This document shows, piece by piece, positions 63,651-64,000 of a stretch of 64,000 bases of DNA. The translations under genes and the position numbers were made by a program. Position 1 is the first letter of the stretch; every line of letters begins with the position of its first letter. The notes beneath the pieces were generated by a model. The model searched no databases. It was not told the origin of the DNA and saw only the letters and a list, made by a program, of their open reading frames with translations. This stretch comes from Euprymna scolopes (taxonomy: Eukaryota). The stretch lies in the NCBI GenBank assembly GCA_053919585.1, contig CM132785.1. One strand, given 5' to 3'.

Positions 63651-64000
63651 CAAATCTTAATTGTGAACAAATACATATTTGTTCATTTTTTTTTAAAAAC
63701 ATATCTCGTTGTATTTCCTTATCAAATTATTTCAATTGCCCTTTTTTCAGCTCTTGTATAACGGGAACACAATGTAAATAACCTTGCGTCTGCTATGCGA
63801 ATAACCCGAACATTCGAAGACATAATTTGTTAGAAAAATTACGCACTCTATTTTACAAATATTTCGTCTGTTACTCCAGCATGTGAAGAAAGAAAAGGAG
63901 AAAAACACCGAGAAAGATGGTTTAAAGAAATAAATATCAGGTTATTTTACAAAAAGAAATCCTCCAGCATTGGGTTGTCTTATAAACATGTTTCAATATA

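Noticed and set aside
1-64000. Uni-strand piRNA cluster
   Set aside because: Transposon fragments occur on both strands in similar numbers; there is no clear orientation bias.

Overview
AT-rich, (TA)n-studded DNA that is clearly eukaryotic (probably an invertebrate animal), not prokaryotic. I see no operons, CRISPR arrays, rRNA genes, intact tRNA genes or intact protein-coding genes. Most of the window is decayed transposons: five copies of a single-ORF APE-RT LINE of the CR1/L2 group (one near full length, about 40815-44348), an RTE LINE, a HERO-type restriction-endonuclease LINE, several Penelope-like remnants (two with hammerhead-ribozyme cores), two Ty3/Gypsy elements, solo-LTR-like repeats, Tc1, maT/DD37D, pogo/Tigger, hAT and possibly piggyBac relics, and a multi-copy non-autonomous Helentron/HINE-like family tied to (TA)n tracts. 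Host-gene signals are weak: two papain/cathepsin-B-like pseudo-exons (36964-37586, minus strand), a CpG-retaining candidate bidirectional promoter near 23.0-24.6 kb and a few micro-exon candidates. The most notable observations are a three-level nested insertion (LINE in hAT in RTE), ribozyme-like RNA motifs on retroelements and a tRNA-like B-box inside the rolling-circle-type repeat. I found no well-supported novel multi-gene system. Family assignments come from motifs recognised by eye, and the boundaries of old elements are approximate.
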